A stretch of 64,000 nucleotides of DNA, taken from the NCBI RefSeq assembly GCF_026571515.1, contig NW_026862742.1, positions 186,001 to 250,000 on the forward strand. The letters run 5' to 3'. This document shows positions 1-12,862 of this stretch, piece after piece. Numbering within the stretch: position 1 is the first letter of the stretch; the number at the start of each line of letters is the position of its first letter. Position numbers and translations under genes: made by a program. Origin of the DNA: Ruditapes philippinarum (taxonomy: Eukaryota). The notes beneath the pieces are model-generated. The model searched no databases, was not told the DNA's origin, and saw nothing but the letters and a program-made list of their open reading frames with translations.

Positions 1-1584
1 CAACCAAGACATGACTCTCTACACATCTGATCCTATTTATACTATACAATGGAATACATTATAACTAGATTAGTATCTTTTAATAGTTAATATTCATTTA
101 CATATCAAGATAAATGTATACAACATGTTAAACTTTTTTAAATGCACTTGAAATATTTTTATCTGAATTACACTAGTTTTTATGTAAATATCTACTGAAT
201 TAAAGGATCTCTAACTTACATGATCAATTATATTCATGTACATTATAAAACTCTCCTAGTGGCTAAGGGGTTGCCTTTAAGGGTTGGGGCATTAATATTG
301 CAACCACAGTTTATCGTAAAAGGCGACAAAAAGAGTTCGAATTACTGGAGTCTTTCAAGCGAGAGAGGTGGTTTTGACCCCTGATAATGCTTAAAATTTC
401 TAACAACCGAGGTTAACCAAAAGCATCTTTACAGTTTCTGCGCCATGTGCCCTAAATTGTGTTTGTACGCTGTAAAACCAAACAAACATTATATAACGTA
501 TAGTTTGTGATTCAAGTGCATTTAGGATGATATATATATACATGTATATAAGAAATTTATAACCTATTGTTTTAGATTCAAGCTAGTACTATTAAAAAGT
601 ATTAAGAAGTATTCCAATGTACACTTCTCATGATTTTGTCAATATACATTAAGAATTATAAAGGCGGTGTTTAACTGCAAATAAACACTGGTAAGGTTAC
701 ATGTATATGCAGCTGTTATGCTAATGCTTATGCAAATGATGTTATATGACTGTCTGATATGCCAAAGGTGTTGTGTAGTATTCATGACAGGTGTTGTTTG
801 TATGATATGCATGTCATGATGATGATGTTGTATAATAAACATGTTGTAAAATCATATTTATGACACACCCGTGTCGCTTTTGCGACTCTGTAGGAGTTTT
901 TGTTGAAAATTGAGTACCGCTCAAGCCGGTGGTAAGGGTCGTGAGGTATGTTGTACATTTTTGTTATCCCTCATGTACAGACTTAATCAAACCGAGTCTG
1001 CATTTTTAATGTAATTTTGCTGATTTTAATTAATATTTTCCAGATATCTATTAAAAAGATTTTAATAAAAAAGGCATAACATGTCTTTATAGCTTTGTAA
1101 CCAAGATTGCAAAAGATTATTTTGTTTTCAGAATTTTTTCTTGAGATCACGTTGCACTTAGAACACCTGTTAAAATGTCGAAATATATTTTAAACTATTA
1201 GCAAGAAAGAGGTCTACTTATTTGTCCTTAAAAAAGTTTATGTAAAAAGGTAGAAATTTTTATAACACATAAAATCGAAGTTAATTATCATTCTAAAAAC
1301 GGTCAGAACATATGAAAATGTATGTTCATGAAAAAGTTTAAAGTTTTCAGTTTACCTGATTTAATCCTGTCTCCGATTTTAATGCGAATCCAAAGAGAAA
1401 ATTTAAAAGTTTAATTAGTCTCAGGAAAATACAGTCATTTTTGTAAAACTACAATGCACAAAGCTCAGATATTAGTTATGTAGCATTTCCTAGTAAATCA
1501 CTCGTAACATATATATAAACCATAAACCGTTGTTAAAAAATTGCAAAACTTTGATTATCACTGACTGATTGAGTTTGTGTTATG

Positions 1585-1870
1585 AGATGGCCGAGCTGCC
1601 CATTTAGGCATTAAATGAAGCTTGCGCTGCCGAATATGGATCCCGGACATATTACCAGGCATGTCCTTAAAGGATCAATATTGAAGCACAAATTGGTGAT
1701 AATGTACTTCCATGCCATTTCACGGATATTAATTTTCTGTTAAAATAGGTCACTGAACGGCTAATGAAAACCTAAATGTAAAATATCCGGAGACAATATA
1801 AAAAGGAGGTAACCCCAAGCAAAAAAGGTCTGCCTTTCTTACCATATTAGGGGTTCACGCACTCTAGCAT
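1585..1870 (+). repeat. Dispersed repeat of unclassified family (second copy ~61695-62025)
   Basis: Colinear blocks AAATGAAGCTT, TTGAAGCACAAATTGG.GATAAT, AAAGGAGGTA and TAGGGG.TCACGCAC are shared with 61.7-62.0 kb. Mostly deleted from the duplicate copy at ~7430. Confidence 0.8.
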
Positions 1871-2039
1871 ATTTTTTGTCGTCTTTCCTTTACTTTTCTT
1901 AAAATCTTAGGATATTTTCCTCAAGTTTAATTTATTTTAAATGTTTTTTGCTCATCTACAGGCGTGTAGCTTTAAGTGCCGATTGCAATCGGTAAATTAC
2001 TCCTTTTCGGACATGACAATATTGTTATCAAATAGAGTC

Positions 2040-2515
2040 TATTTGCAAAATACTAATTCCAAAAATTCACTCCTCAAACACACAATCTTGTACATTACTG
2101 ACGAATTGAAAATATGTAAAAGTGCGTATATCCTTCCAGTACTTGATCATTGTCATGCGTTTTTGGGAAAGAGCACACATATACTTCAACAAAGTGAATT
2201 CGGCACAAAAGGAACTGCCTAAATAATACTTACCCAACCTATAGGTCTACCAACATTGGATCTTTTAATAAACTTAAATGGCTGCAATTTAATTTTAGTA
2301 GCGATTATGAATTATAAATCTTTAAACAATCTGATACCGTTGTATAAGAGTGAAAGTTTTAATTTCTCTTACAATGTATTACATAATTTCCGCTCGATCG
2401 CTCATAAAGATCTTATTCTTTAAACTATATTTCATACTAATTATATAAAGGATTCGTTTTCTTATTTCAACATTTCTTTATGGAACAAATATCCTACTAC
2501 TACAAAACAATGTTT
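2040..2515 (+). mobile_element. Degenerate non-LTR retrotransposon (CR1/L2-group LINE) ORF2 3' fragment
   Basis: Frames give AYILPVLDHC, YKSLNNLIPLY and KDSFSYF.ISLWNK, matching the post-RT motifs ILP.FDYC / YK.LN.L.P.YL / SFSY....LWN typical of CR1/L2-group LINEs. Frameshifted. Confidence 0.7.
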
Positions 2516-3399
2516 GATATTAAATTCTTTAAAAACAGCAGCTGTAAAAATCGTTTCCTTATTCTACAATAAGAAACATTTTGAAAATCGAAATGCCAGA
2601 AAATGACAAATATAAAACTAAGATACAACAGTACAAAATCAGCTATTTCCAAAAGTGGGTATAATGGTGCATAACCAAGTAGTGTTATGAAATCATTTGT
2701 ATAAAAATGTATGTTAATAGGTAACTAATTAAAATGTTAAGATCAGTATTGTTTATAATTGTTAACATTAACGTTAAATGTCACATGTCATGTTGGCAAG
2801 ATTCCTAGTTACTAGCAACTATTTAGACCTACTGTACTCAAAGATGTATATATAGATGCGGCAAAATAAACGTAAAATGTTGCGATAGAATGATGGCTGA
2901 TTTGTGCCATTCGTGTTTTCGTCCCGCGACCCCGCTAAGCAAAAAGTCAGTGATAGTGTCTTTGTTTGATTGTAAAAAAAGAGAAAAAACGGAATCTTAA
3001 AATGAACGCAAAAATGTGCAAAGAATTGAAAATAATGCATGCACAGTTTAATTGGGCCTGTTTATGGGCAGTAGTGATAATTATAAGTTCACTCTCCAAG
3101 CACCGACGTAATTAAAATACAACAATAAGTCGCTTTTTCATCTATTTAGATGAACTAGGCAACACAAGAATAAGTCAAAAGCTCGCCTTTCAGTGCTCAG
3201 TATGTGGCATTTGAAACTGGCCCAAGCTGGATAGCCACAAACTTAAAAGGATGAAAAGCCTGATAAGAATGTTTATAGATATACTAACATAGACTACTCC
3301 AAATCACAAAATAGCGCCAAAATATATCTAATTAGAAGTTGCAAGTTAAAAAAGAATTCTGATGTTTTACAAGGGATGGTTTAATGTTTTAAATTCTTG

Positions 3400-5322
3400 C
3401 TAACTTACTTTTTAAGCATGTCTTGCGAAAACTTTCTGCAACGGCCCAAATTTGACAGGTGATTTGTAATTATCCCGATTGGGTTACTTCGGGGAAAACA
3501 CTGGAGGGCATTCAACAATTTGCGAAGAATTTTTCATTTTCCCCTTTCAACTTCTAAGGGGTTCCCGGATTACCAAACAGACGGTCATATCAATCTTTCT
3601 ATTCCCATTTACATGTACTGGTTTTGAGTGATAAAAGCTGATAGCTATATGAACGAATCATGCAAATCTCCAGAAATCACTGATCTAAAATTTTCATTGT
3701 TGACCCCCCGCAAAATGGATGCTTTATTAAAATGCTTAAATATTGCACCTAGATCTTGCCATTGCTTGGGTTTGAATATAAATTCCTCGAACATCCGGAT
3801 ACCTGCAGTAAATTTCATCTAAACATTCCCGTCCTATCATTGGGAGTATTATTTGGGTATCTAAATATAGGGCTGTCAAAAAAGGATCTGTACTTTGTAA
3901 ACGGCACGGGTACCCCGTACTCTTTGGGATGTAACAATTTACTTATAGCCAAACAGGATACAGGCATTTAGTATCCTTTTTGGTAGGTGGTCAAATTAAA
4001 TTCAGGATAAGTTAATAATGCAATTGGGGTAATTTCAAAAATATCATTGGGGTTCCCTATAAAGGAAAGATGAGAGCAAAAACTGAAATGTCTGGACATT
4101 TTTTTGTTCAACTTTTGAATTTGGGCTAAAGTGCATAAAATGATGTTTTCCTTCAGTAAATGGCGGTATAAAGTTCCCCTGACCCAAACAATGCATATTC
4201 AAAATTTTTGGCACCATAACTCCCATGAAGTTTTTTCTCTTGACGAGACCAAATTGAATTGATTGGATTTTAGGCATTTAAAAATAACTTCACAATGGCA
4301 TCTATCTTTGTCCTACTGGTAAAATCCTTGATCAGTGGTATACGTTTAAGTCTTCCAAAAGGTTTTCCTTGGGACCTTTCCAGATAATATTATAATAATT
4401 GTTGGGCGGAAAATTAAAAGCGGGCCTGCTGAATAATATTTTACCATTCCCTTTAAAGCCCTTTACAAAATTGTTTTCTTCCATGTTTTATGAAATAAAC
4501 ACCACTTGCAACATTTTTGTCAATTTTGATCTTAGTTACAAAACTGTTGATGGAAACATCAAGGTTTGATTTTTTACCTTGTTTACCCAAATATTCGAGC
4601 CCTGTACTACTGCGTACTCCATTACGAACCGTAACTTGTATCCTGCTAAATCCTGTCTGTGATGCGCCATTGTAATCTATCTCGTAGTAGCCCATTTCTT
4701 TTCCAGCGTTCAGGAAATACCTCCAGACGCGAGTTTGATAGGAATCAGAAACTGCAATAGGTCCACCACTTCCATGGTAGTAAGATGTCTTTAAATCTGA
4801 TATTTTTACATCTTCTGCCTTTTTAAAATAAGGCAAGAGATCGGCATATCCCCAACCTTCACATCCATACTTTGTTACCCATTTGTCGAAATCAAATGAA
4901 CTGCCTCTTGCATACATACAACCATTTATTGAACTTGAGCCGCCCAAAACTTTGCCTTTGTTCAGTATGGTCTTTTTATCTTTAAGTCCTTGAAAACTTC
5001 CATCTTCCGTTTCACTTTTAAATTGCCATGCGAAGTCCGTTGGTAAAAAGCTAAAAGCCTTTGCAGGTACATGTATGTTCTGGTCTTTATCGAAATGATT
5101 CCCGGCCTCTAACAAAAGCACTTTATTATTTGCGTCTTCTGCTAATCTTGCAGCTATGACAGAACCAGCAGACCCCCCACCAACAATGACGTAATCATAC
5201 TCATTCTTGATATCATCTGTTACCAATAACTCACCAAGACTTGGTTTGTTTATATATCTTGAGACGAGCGGATAGACCACAGATAACACAAGAATTACAA
5301 GCACATTATTTTTACTCAACAT
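3400..5322 (-). CDS. GMC oxidoreductase (glucose dehydrogenase [FAD, quinone]-like), apparently intronless; clean ORF 4453-5322, C-terminal half frameshifted in this assembly
   Basis: N-terminal hydrophobic segment, FAD-binding YDYVIVGGGSAG, GMC signature GKVLGGSSSINGCMYARG. Beyond 4453, broken frames still give ILSAG..SPQLL.LSG.GP, YH..TSTC.MG (~3600-3640) and LR.VDASVFPEV.SGN.N.P....AE (~3420-3530). Confidence 0.9.
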
Positions 5323-5427
5323 AATTCCTTAAGCTTATATTCCTTTTACGTTTATGGTATCTGCGTATGTAGCGAAATAAGATTTTACCTACTGTATAAC
5401 GATAATAAATCAAGAAATCAGCATATC

Positions 5428-8177
5428 AACCATGACATGACTCTCTACTCATCTTATCCTATTTACGAGTATACTATCCAATGGAATACGAAATAACTAG
5501 ATTTGTATCTTTTGATATTTTTAATATGCACTTGAAATATTTTTACCAGAATTACACTAGTTTTATGTAAATATTGGCTTAATTTAATCTACTGAATTAC
5601 AGGGTCTTTCCTCTACATTAAATGCGCACTTATATACATGTACATTATAAAACTCTCTTTGTTAATGCTAAGGGGTTGTCTTTAAGGGCTAAGGAAGCCT
5701 AAGTTTATGGGCACGAATTATTAGTGTTTCAAGCGGTAGATTTGGTTTTGACCACTGGTGTTGCTTTAAGTTTCTGGCAACCATGGTTAGCCAAAATTAT
5801 CTTTCCAGTTTCGGCGTCATATGACCTAAATTATGTTGGTAAGTACGTATCCTGTAAAACCAAACAAACATTAAATAACGACTGTGTGCTTCAAGTGCTT
5901 TAGGATGAAATATATAAGAAATATTTAACGTATCGTTTTATATTCAAGTACTATTAAAGATCTTGTATGTTGTAATCTAGGTTGTAACCACACTTAAGTG
6001 AAAATTTATATATGTATATAATTTTGCTTTTAAAACAATATTCAAACATAGAAGAATATGTAAAATATGTACTGCAAATATTTGTCCACATTATATGTAA
6101 TCATTAAAATATATGCATTCATTTCTTATTGAAAAATTTGACTTAGAAATTATAGAAAATAATGTCCTTATAACCTCCCTTTGATATGTAAATTTGGTAA
6201 ATATCTTTTTGGAACTTACAATATTGATAAATCTTCATTTGAGCATTATAAAAATAAAAAATGAGTGACAGGATCTTTATGATGATTTCTAACACTCTTT
6301 GTGATTTTGTCAATATACACAAAGAAGAAAAAAGCGGTGTTTAACAGCAAATAAACACTGGTTAGGGACTACATGTATATGCAGCTGTTATGCTAATGCT
6401 TATGCAAATGATGTTATATGACTGTCTGATATGCCAAAGGTGTTGTGTAGTATTCGTGACAGGTGTTGTATATACGATATACATGGCATGATGATGATGT
6501 TGTATAATGTACATGTTGTAAAATCATATTTATCGCACACCCGTGTCGCTTTTGCGACTCTGTATGAACGGTATTAATCGACAGAAGTAATTTAATAGGA
6601 GATCAAAGTAAAAAAGTATAAAAAAATTTTATAAATTACAACAGCAGGTGACAAGAGTCGTGTGATATTGGTAAACTGTTGCACCGTACTTTACTTCAGT
6701 GTTCTTACATTTTTGTTTAAAATTGAGTACCGCTCAAGCCCGTGGTAAGGGGCGTGAGGGATGTTGTATATTTTTATTATCCCTCATGTACAGACTTAAT
6801 CAAACCGAGTCTGCATTTTTTAATGTAATTTTGCTGATTTTAATGCTCCCGGTGAATCAATTTTTTCCAGATATTCATTAAAAAGCTTTTAATAAAAAAA
6901 GGCATAAGATGTCTTTACAAGATTGCCAAAGATGATTTTGTTTTCAGAATTTTTTCTTGCGATCATGTTGCACTTAGAAATTATTGAAATAATTGTTCTT
7001 GAAATGTCGAAATATATTTATTTCGCAAGAAAGAGATCTACTTCTTTGTTCTTCAAAAAGTGTATGTAAAAAAGTAGAGATTTTTATAACACATGAAATG
7101 GAAATTAATTACCATTCTAAAAACGGCCAGAACATATGATAATGTATGTTCATGAAAAAGTTTTTAGTTTTCAGTTTACCTGATTTTATCCTGTATCCGA
7201 TTTTACTGCGAAGCTTAACAGAAAATTTAAAAGTTTAAGACTCATGAAAATACAGTCATTTTTGTAAAACTACAATGCACAATGCTCAGATATTAGTTAT
7301 GTAGCATTTCCTAGTAAAAAACTCGTAACATTTATAAACCATAAACCGTTGTTAAAAAATTGCCAAACCTTGATTATTACTGTCTGATTGAGTTTGTGTT
7401 ATAAGATGGCCGAGCTGCCCATTTAGGCACAAATTTTCGTTTTTCCTTTACTTTTCTTAAAATCTTAGGATATATCCTCAAGTTAAATTTATTGGACATG
7501 TTTTGGCTCATCTAGAGGCGTGTAGCTTTAAGTGCCGAATGCAATGGGTAAATTATTTCCTTTTCGGACATGACAATATTGATTTATAAATAATACATTA
7601 TACTGGTATTATAAGTAGACTCTATTGACAAAATACTAAATGCAAGAATTTCACTCCTCAAACACATCATCTTCTACCTTACTGACGAATTAAAAATGTT
7701 ATATAAAAGTGCTTATATCCTTCCAGTACTTGATCATTGTCGTACGATTTTGGGAAAGGGCACACATATACGTCAACAAAGTGAATTCGGCACAAAAAAA
7801 GAACTGCCAAAATAATACTTAACCAACCTATATAAGTCTACCAACATTGGATCTTTTAATAAACTTAAATGGCTGCAATTTAATTTTAGTAGCGATTTTG
7901 ATTTATAAATCTTTTAACAATCTGATACCGTTATATAAGAGTGAATGTTATATTTTCTCTTTCAATGTATTACATAATTTACGCTCGTTCGCTCATAAGG
8001 ATCTTATTCTTAAAACTATAACTCATACTAATTATTTAAAGGATTCTTTTTCTTATTTCAGTATTTCTTTATGGAACAAAAAACTATTACTACAAAACAA
8101 TGTTTGACAAAAAAGCAGCTGTAAAAATCGTTTTTTTTATTCTACAATTAGATACATTTTGAAAATTGAAATGCCAA
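5428..8177 (+). repeat. Segmental duplication copy 2 (5' flank of the GMC gene)
   Basis: Colinear with 1-2598. Has extra segments ~5960-6290 and ~6565-6700 and lacks ~1610-1870 of copy 1. Confidence 0.95.
7620..8107 (+). mobile_element. Duplicate of the CR1/L2-group LINE fragment
   Basis: ORF 7847-8107 contains YKSFNNLIPLY and YLKDSFSYFSISLWNK; copy of 2040-2515. Confidence 0.7.
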
Positions 8178-10032
8178 TTGCAACCACTTTGTATTGAAGC
8201 TGTTGTTATTGTTGGTATTATTAATATTAATATTATTGATAATAATATATATGATTAATACAAGTGACAGTCGGATGAATTAAGGAAAATATCGTAGCCT
8301 TACATTATAGTATATACTTAAATTTTTGTTCGTACAAAAATCAATTTTTTCTTTGTTATTGTTAAATCAGAATGCTGTTCTGTGAAAAAGTCTACATCAT
8401 CATAGTTTATACAAGTTGCAGACGAAATATACAGGAGGATCTAGCCTGAATGAATTTAATTACCGTTTTGGATACTTTCAGCATCCGCCTTTCTTAAGCA
8501 GACAATATATAGTTGGGCTTCCTTCAAGAAGCGGCTAGGTAATTTGTATCATTTTAAACCATAAACAACAAGTATATAACCGGGATACCCTTCTCACCCA
8601 TGTACCCGAAATGCATGATCTTTGTATTCATAAAAAAATCAACCGATCACAACCGATCTATTCAACAGATTTGCACGTGCCCTACGGGTTCGAGCAAAAG
8701 AAGTTCGACAATATATTTTTGTTATCAATAACAGCAAAATTTGTTGCAGAATCTCCGCAACTAGGATTATATAGGGAAATGCCCGAAGGACTTCAACTTT
8801 GTCAAGAAAAATGTGTGCAATAATATTCCGCAATATGGGGATTTCTGTACGTCACATGATGCTACGTTGGATTTAATAGAGAAAGGAACAAGGTCGATAA
8901 ACGGCATGAACGTACGGTGACTCACATTTAGAGGTTAATACTTGGTTGCTGCTCGGTATTATGCGATAATGGCCCGAAGATGTGCATAATGGCCTGAGGG
9001 CCGCGGGCCCGAAGGACATTATGGACTCGAGGGTCATTATCGCATAATGCCGAGCTGCAACAAAGTATTAACGTCTTTAATACCTATGTCCGAAATACGG
9101 CATTTAGACATCGCCGCTAATCTTGGTTGTCGCCCTTTCTAAGAAACGGACAGTTGTCAATGTAAACAAAAATATGTCATTTAGTTTATTTGAAAACATG
9201 AGAAAAAAATATGAGACACTGTTGTTATATTGTTGTTTATATCGATAAAAACTCTCTATATATTTTTTTTGTGAGAATGACATATAGTGCCAGTTTTTAT
9301 TTGTTTGGGTCGTCAGACCAAACAAATAATGGTAGCGAAATTTCAGAGTCTAATGTTGTTAATTGCAAACGCCGAAAGTAGTCCACTTTTTTGAAGCGGT
9401 TACTTCCCTTTATATGTACACTAACGCCGAAAAATTCAGGGGAGATCACTGCGTAAAGATGGTCAAAGACAGGCGAATTAATGTTCAAGCAAAATAATTC
9501 CCGAATGGTCGAAGATTTCTAATATTGTTATTATTGTATTTTCTGATCGAAATTAAGTAAATACAAAGCGGACATTCAATCTCTGACACAGAAGTTCACA
9601 ACAAACCTAACAACAAGTAGTTCTCAAAACAGCTTAAAACTAGCGATTTAAAAGAAAGAAATATTTTTATTTTGTTACAAGTATCCAACAAATAACAACG
9701 CATTCAAAGTTTAAAAATAGCGTTGGCTTATAGAATTGTCAATAAATGCACAATCACAAATTACGCGGATGAATATGATTTTATCAATGAAAATACTATT
9801 TTTAGCGATGTTTATTACCGAATACTACACAAACCGTTTAGTGGAATATATAGATTCTACATGTCGGACTGTTTGGGCGAGAAGATTTTCGCTAAATTAT
9901 TTACTTCAATTTTAAACAACAGGTTTATCCTGAACAAAATACTTCGAAATTAATAAGGATAACAAACCCGAAATGCAATGGAAGTTCTAAATATAGAATG
10001 ACTTGATGTTATTCAGATAATATTTGTATAAC

Positions 10033-10115
10033 TTCACTGTGGTGCAGGGGTAACGCGCTCGCTTCAGGAGTGAGAGGTCTGGAGTTCAAATCCAAGTCGA
10101 GGAAACTTTTTTTTT
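10033..10115 (+). other. tRNA-like Pol III unit (pseudogene or SINE head) with T-run
   Basis: A-box-like GTGGTGCAGGGG, stem-loop CTCGC-TTCAGGA-GTGAG, B-box GAGTTCAAATCC, followed by T9. Acceptor stem pairs poorly. Confidence 0.55.
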
Positions 10116-10241
10116 AAATTCTTTTTTAAGTGTCTTTGTTAAGGAAGTAGCCATGATATGCAAGGATAAAGTGTGACTGTCGTAAAAAAATGAACATAAA
10201 TGATTTTTTGATGCATCTCTAGTTATGCAGAATTCCGTATG

Positions 10242-10462
10242 TATCAAACTCTGGTGCCTTGCAAAATGAATTATAATACATAAAAATAAACTTATACAGG
10301 AAAATGCATACAGATATACAGTACGATTAAGATTGCAAAGATCAGAAAATACCACATATCAAACTCTGGTGCCTTGCAAAATGAATTATAATACATAAAA
10401 ATAAACTTATACAGGAAAATGCATACAGATATACAGTACGATTAAGATCAGAAAATACCACA
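10242..10462 (+). repeat. Direct tandem duplication (115 + 106 bp)
   Basis: TATCAAACTCTGGTGCC...GAAAATACCACA repeated head to tail; the second copy lacks 9 bp between AAGAT microhomologies. Confidence 0.9.
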
Positions 10463-10607
10463 GAACTTGCATACCTTTGATTCTTTATAAATATACATGC
10501 TTATAGTAAGCTCCAGGATTATTTACATCTGTGTTAAACAACAGTTAAAGTCGTTACAAGCCCTAATTTAGAATAATATGGTTTTCTTCAGGCCGTTCAC
10601 ATATAAA

Positions 10608-10693
10608 TTCACCGTGGCTGAAGGGTTTTCGCGCTCGCCTATGAAGCGAGAGGTCTGGAGTTCAAATCCCAGTAAAGGCAACTCATTTTTTTT
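10608..10693 (+). other. Second tRNA-like Pol III unit
   Basis: GTGGCTGAAGGG, stem-loop CTCGC-CTATGAA-GCGAG, AGGTCTGGAGTTCAAATCCCAG, then a T-run. Paralogous to 10033-10115. Confidence 0.55.
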
Positions 10694-12862
10694 CAAATTG
10701 TTTAAGTCAAATAAACATTGGATTGCATATCAGTGTTGCAATTAGTCTTATAGCCAATTTACTACAATTAAAACGCTGGAAAGCATTGGTGGCACTATAC
10801 ATATAATCTCACAACCTGCACCTTTCTTACATTCTGAGACCCAAACAAATTCAGCGCCTTCTGTGCTTTGATTATTAACTGTTGTGCCTCCGAGACTGAT
10901 GTCTAGCTCCATTTGACATCGATCCGATCTTATTTCTACAGTCAAACTGAAATCATTTTTGGAAATTCTGAGGGTTATGTTTTGTCTTTGGTACTTTTCT
11001 TGAGTTTATAAATCTTCAATGTTAAGCTTTGTTGATTGAGACTGATTACGTCATTTAAACTGAAAGTTTTTTTTGTGCAAGTAACTAGAGTTCATTCAAC
11101 GTCAGCAGCCATCTTGAAAGTCATTGAGAGTTGATAACGTCATTTTGCACGTGCGCTCATTCACTCGCCCATTATGGAAAAATAATGCCGAGTAGCAAGG
11201 CGGCCGAAATTGCATAATGACCTAGATCTTGCCATAATGTCCCTGAAATACCCTAGAATTTTGTTACTATATATAGTAACATAGGTATTAAATATTATTA
11301 AATACTTACTTTTTATTGTCATATCATTGTCATAGAACTTTATAAGTTTCTATGACAAAATGTGATACCTTTTAGAAATTAAAATATCCGTTGAATAACT
11401 AAAGATGACACCCACCTCATTAAATTTAGATAAAGGTAGTGCATACTACTTCCTATTTTGCTGCAAACCATTTACATGAAATTTGTTTCGGCAGACCGAT
11501 ATCATAATTACTTAATGTTCTCTAAAACTACCAGGAATTATGTTTACATGAAAAAAAATCATGCTTGGGTATTTTTATCCTGTAAGTCAATGCTCTACAT
11601 CAAGTATGTTTTCAGTCATTCTAATAAAATGAAAAAAAATAAATAAAAAAAATGAAAACACAAAATACCCAAATAAACAAAAAAAAACACTAAAACGGAG
11701 GTAAGAAAAATATCTCTTGAACTGAAATACACTCTAAACCAACGTTATTTAACCAAATTTTTGTGCAAATAGTAAGCGTACAATGCTTCATAATGATTTA
11801 ACTCTTATTGACTAATAAAATACGCTTAAACGTGCCGTAATTAAGCACAAGAAACACATTGGCAGTAACAAAAGTTATCATAAGAACTCCAGGACATATT
11901 TTGAGTTATCACAAGAACTCCGTGACATTTGAAAAATTCGCTATAGATTTATTAGCCTCGGCATTATGTTTGCAACTCTCCGTTATAATTAGGTAATTAA
12001 GTATAGCAACGAAGAAGATCAAATATGAAAAGGTCAATATGTACGAATGAGCAAGTTATTTTGAAATTTTACTCAAAACTACCATGAGTACTCCGTGAGT
12101 TTTCCAGGAACTGAAAAGTTATTATACTTATATGACAGTTATTATACGAACTCCAAACAAGTTCTCATAAGAACTCCATCCTTCGTGTAACAGTTCTGCC
12201 CCCTGCATAATTTAATTACCGTTTTGAATGCAAAAAAAATGTTAACGGTATAATATATGAAGTGTTTAAGCCAATTTGAGAAATATATTCTCCTTATTTG
12301 TAAGGGGAAAAAGAATAAAAGACTTACATAGTAAAACTAATTCAAGTTTTCTTGATCAAAACTTTAATGCTGGTCAAAGCTTAGATAGTTTGCATGTTTC
12401 ATTGCCTAATAAACCTACCAATTTCAGGTTATATGGAAATTATAGAAAAGAAACACTGCATTTGAATTTTCATTAAAACTTTATTTATTATATACTTGAA
12501 CCTCTAGTAGTTTTACAAGATAATTCGAAGTAAATACGCATATATAAGATCACTTATGGTCACTTCTTTGCTAATTTTGATCAATTAATAAAATACAGTA
12601 TAAATAAAAATTCCATACTGTTTTTCATTTACATTCCAAGGTACCAGATCAACGCTTAGGTCAGTAGTACCAAGTTTAAATCAAATGACTTATATCATTC
12701 TGCAGAGGATATCAATGCCATGAATATCCCTTTAAATTAACATTTTTCCTCTGATTACAGGATTTGTATATATAAGCTTGGTATGTATGTTTGAATTAAT
12801 TAAGGTTTGAGTAAATGTCAGGGTACATTAATAAACATCTTTGATTGCCAAAGTTATTAAAG

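Larger units (their letters stand above)
1..2598 (+). repeat. Segmental duplication copy 1 (5' flank of a GMC gene; partner at ~5428-8177)
   Basis: Colinear near-identical blocks: GACATGACTCTCTAC near 8 and 5434, GAGTACCGCTCAAGCC near 912 and 6725, ending at GAAATGCCA near 2598 and 8177. Several indels distinguish the copies. Confidence 0.95.
8933..11292. mobile_element. Putative non-autonomous Crypton-like element (terminal hairpin plus short sub-terminal inverted repeat)
   Basis: Hairpin 8933-9071 (GTTAATACTTGGTTGCTGCTCGGTATTATGCGATAATG versus CATTATCGCATAATGCCGAGCTGCAACAAAGTATTAAC). TTTAATACCTATGT (~9076) is the reverse complement of ACATAGGTATTAAA (~11279). ATAATGCCGAG recurs at ~11182. 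Superfamily is inferred. Confidence 0.5.

Noticed and set aside
10033-10680. Functional tRNA genes
   Set aside because: Acceptor stems pair poorly, T-stems are imperfect, and the two copies disagree in anticodon. Kept only as tRNA-like units.
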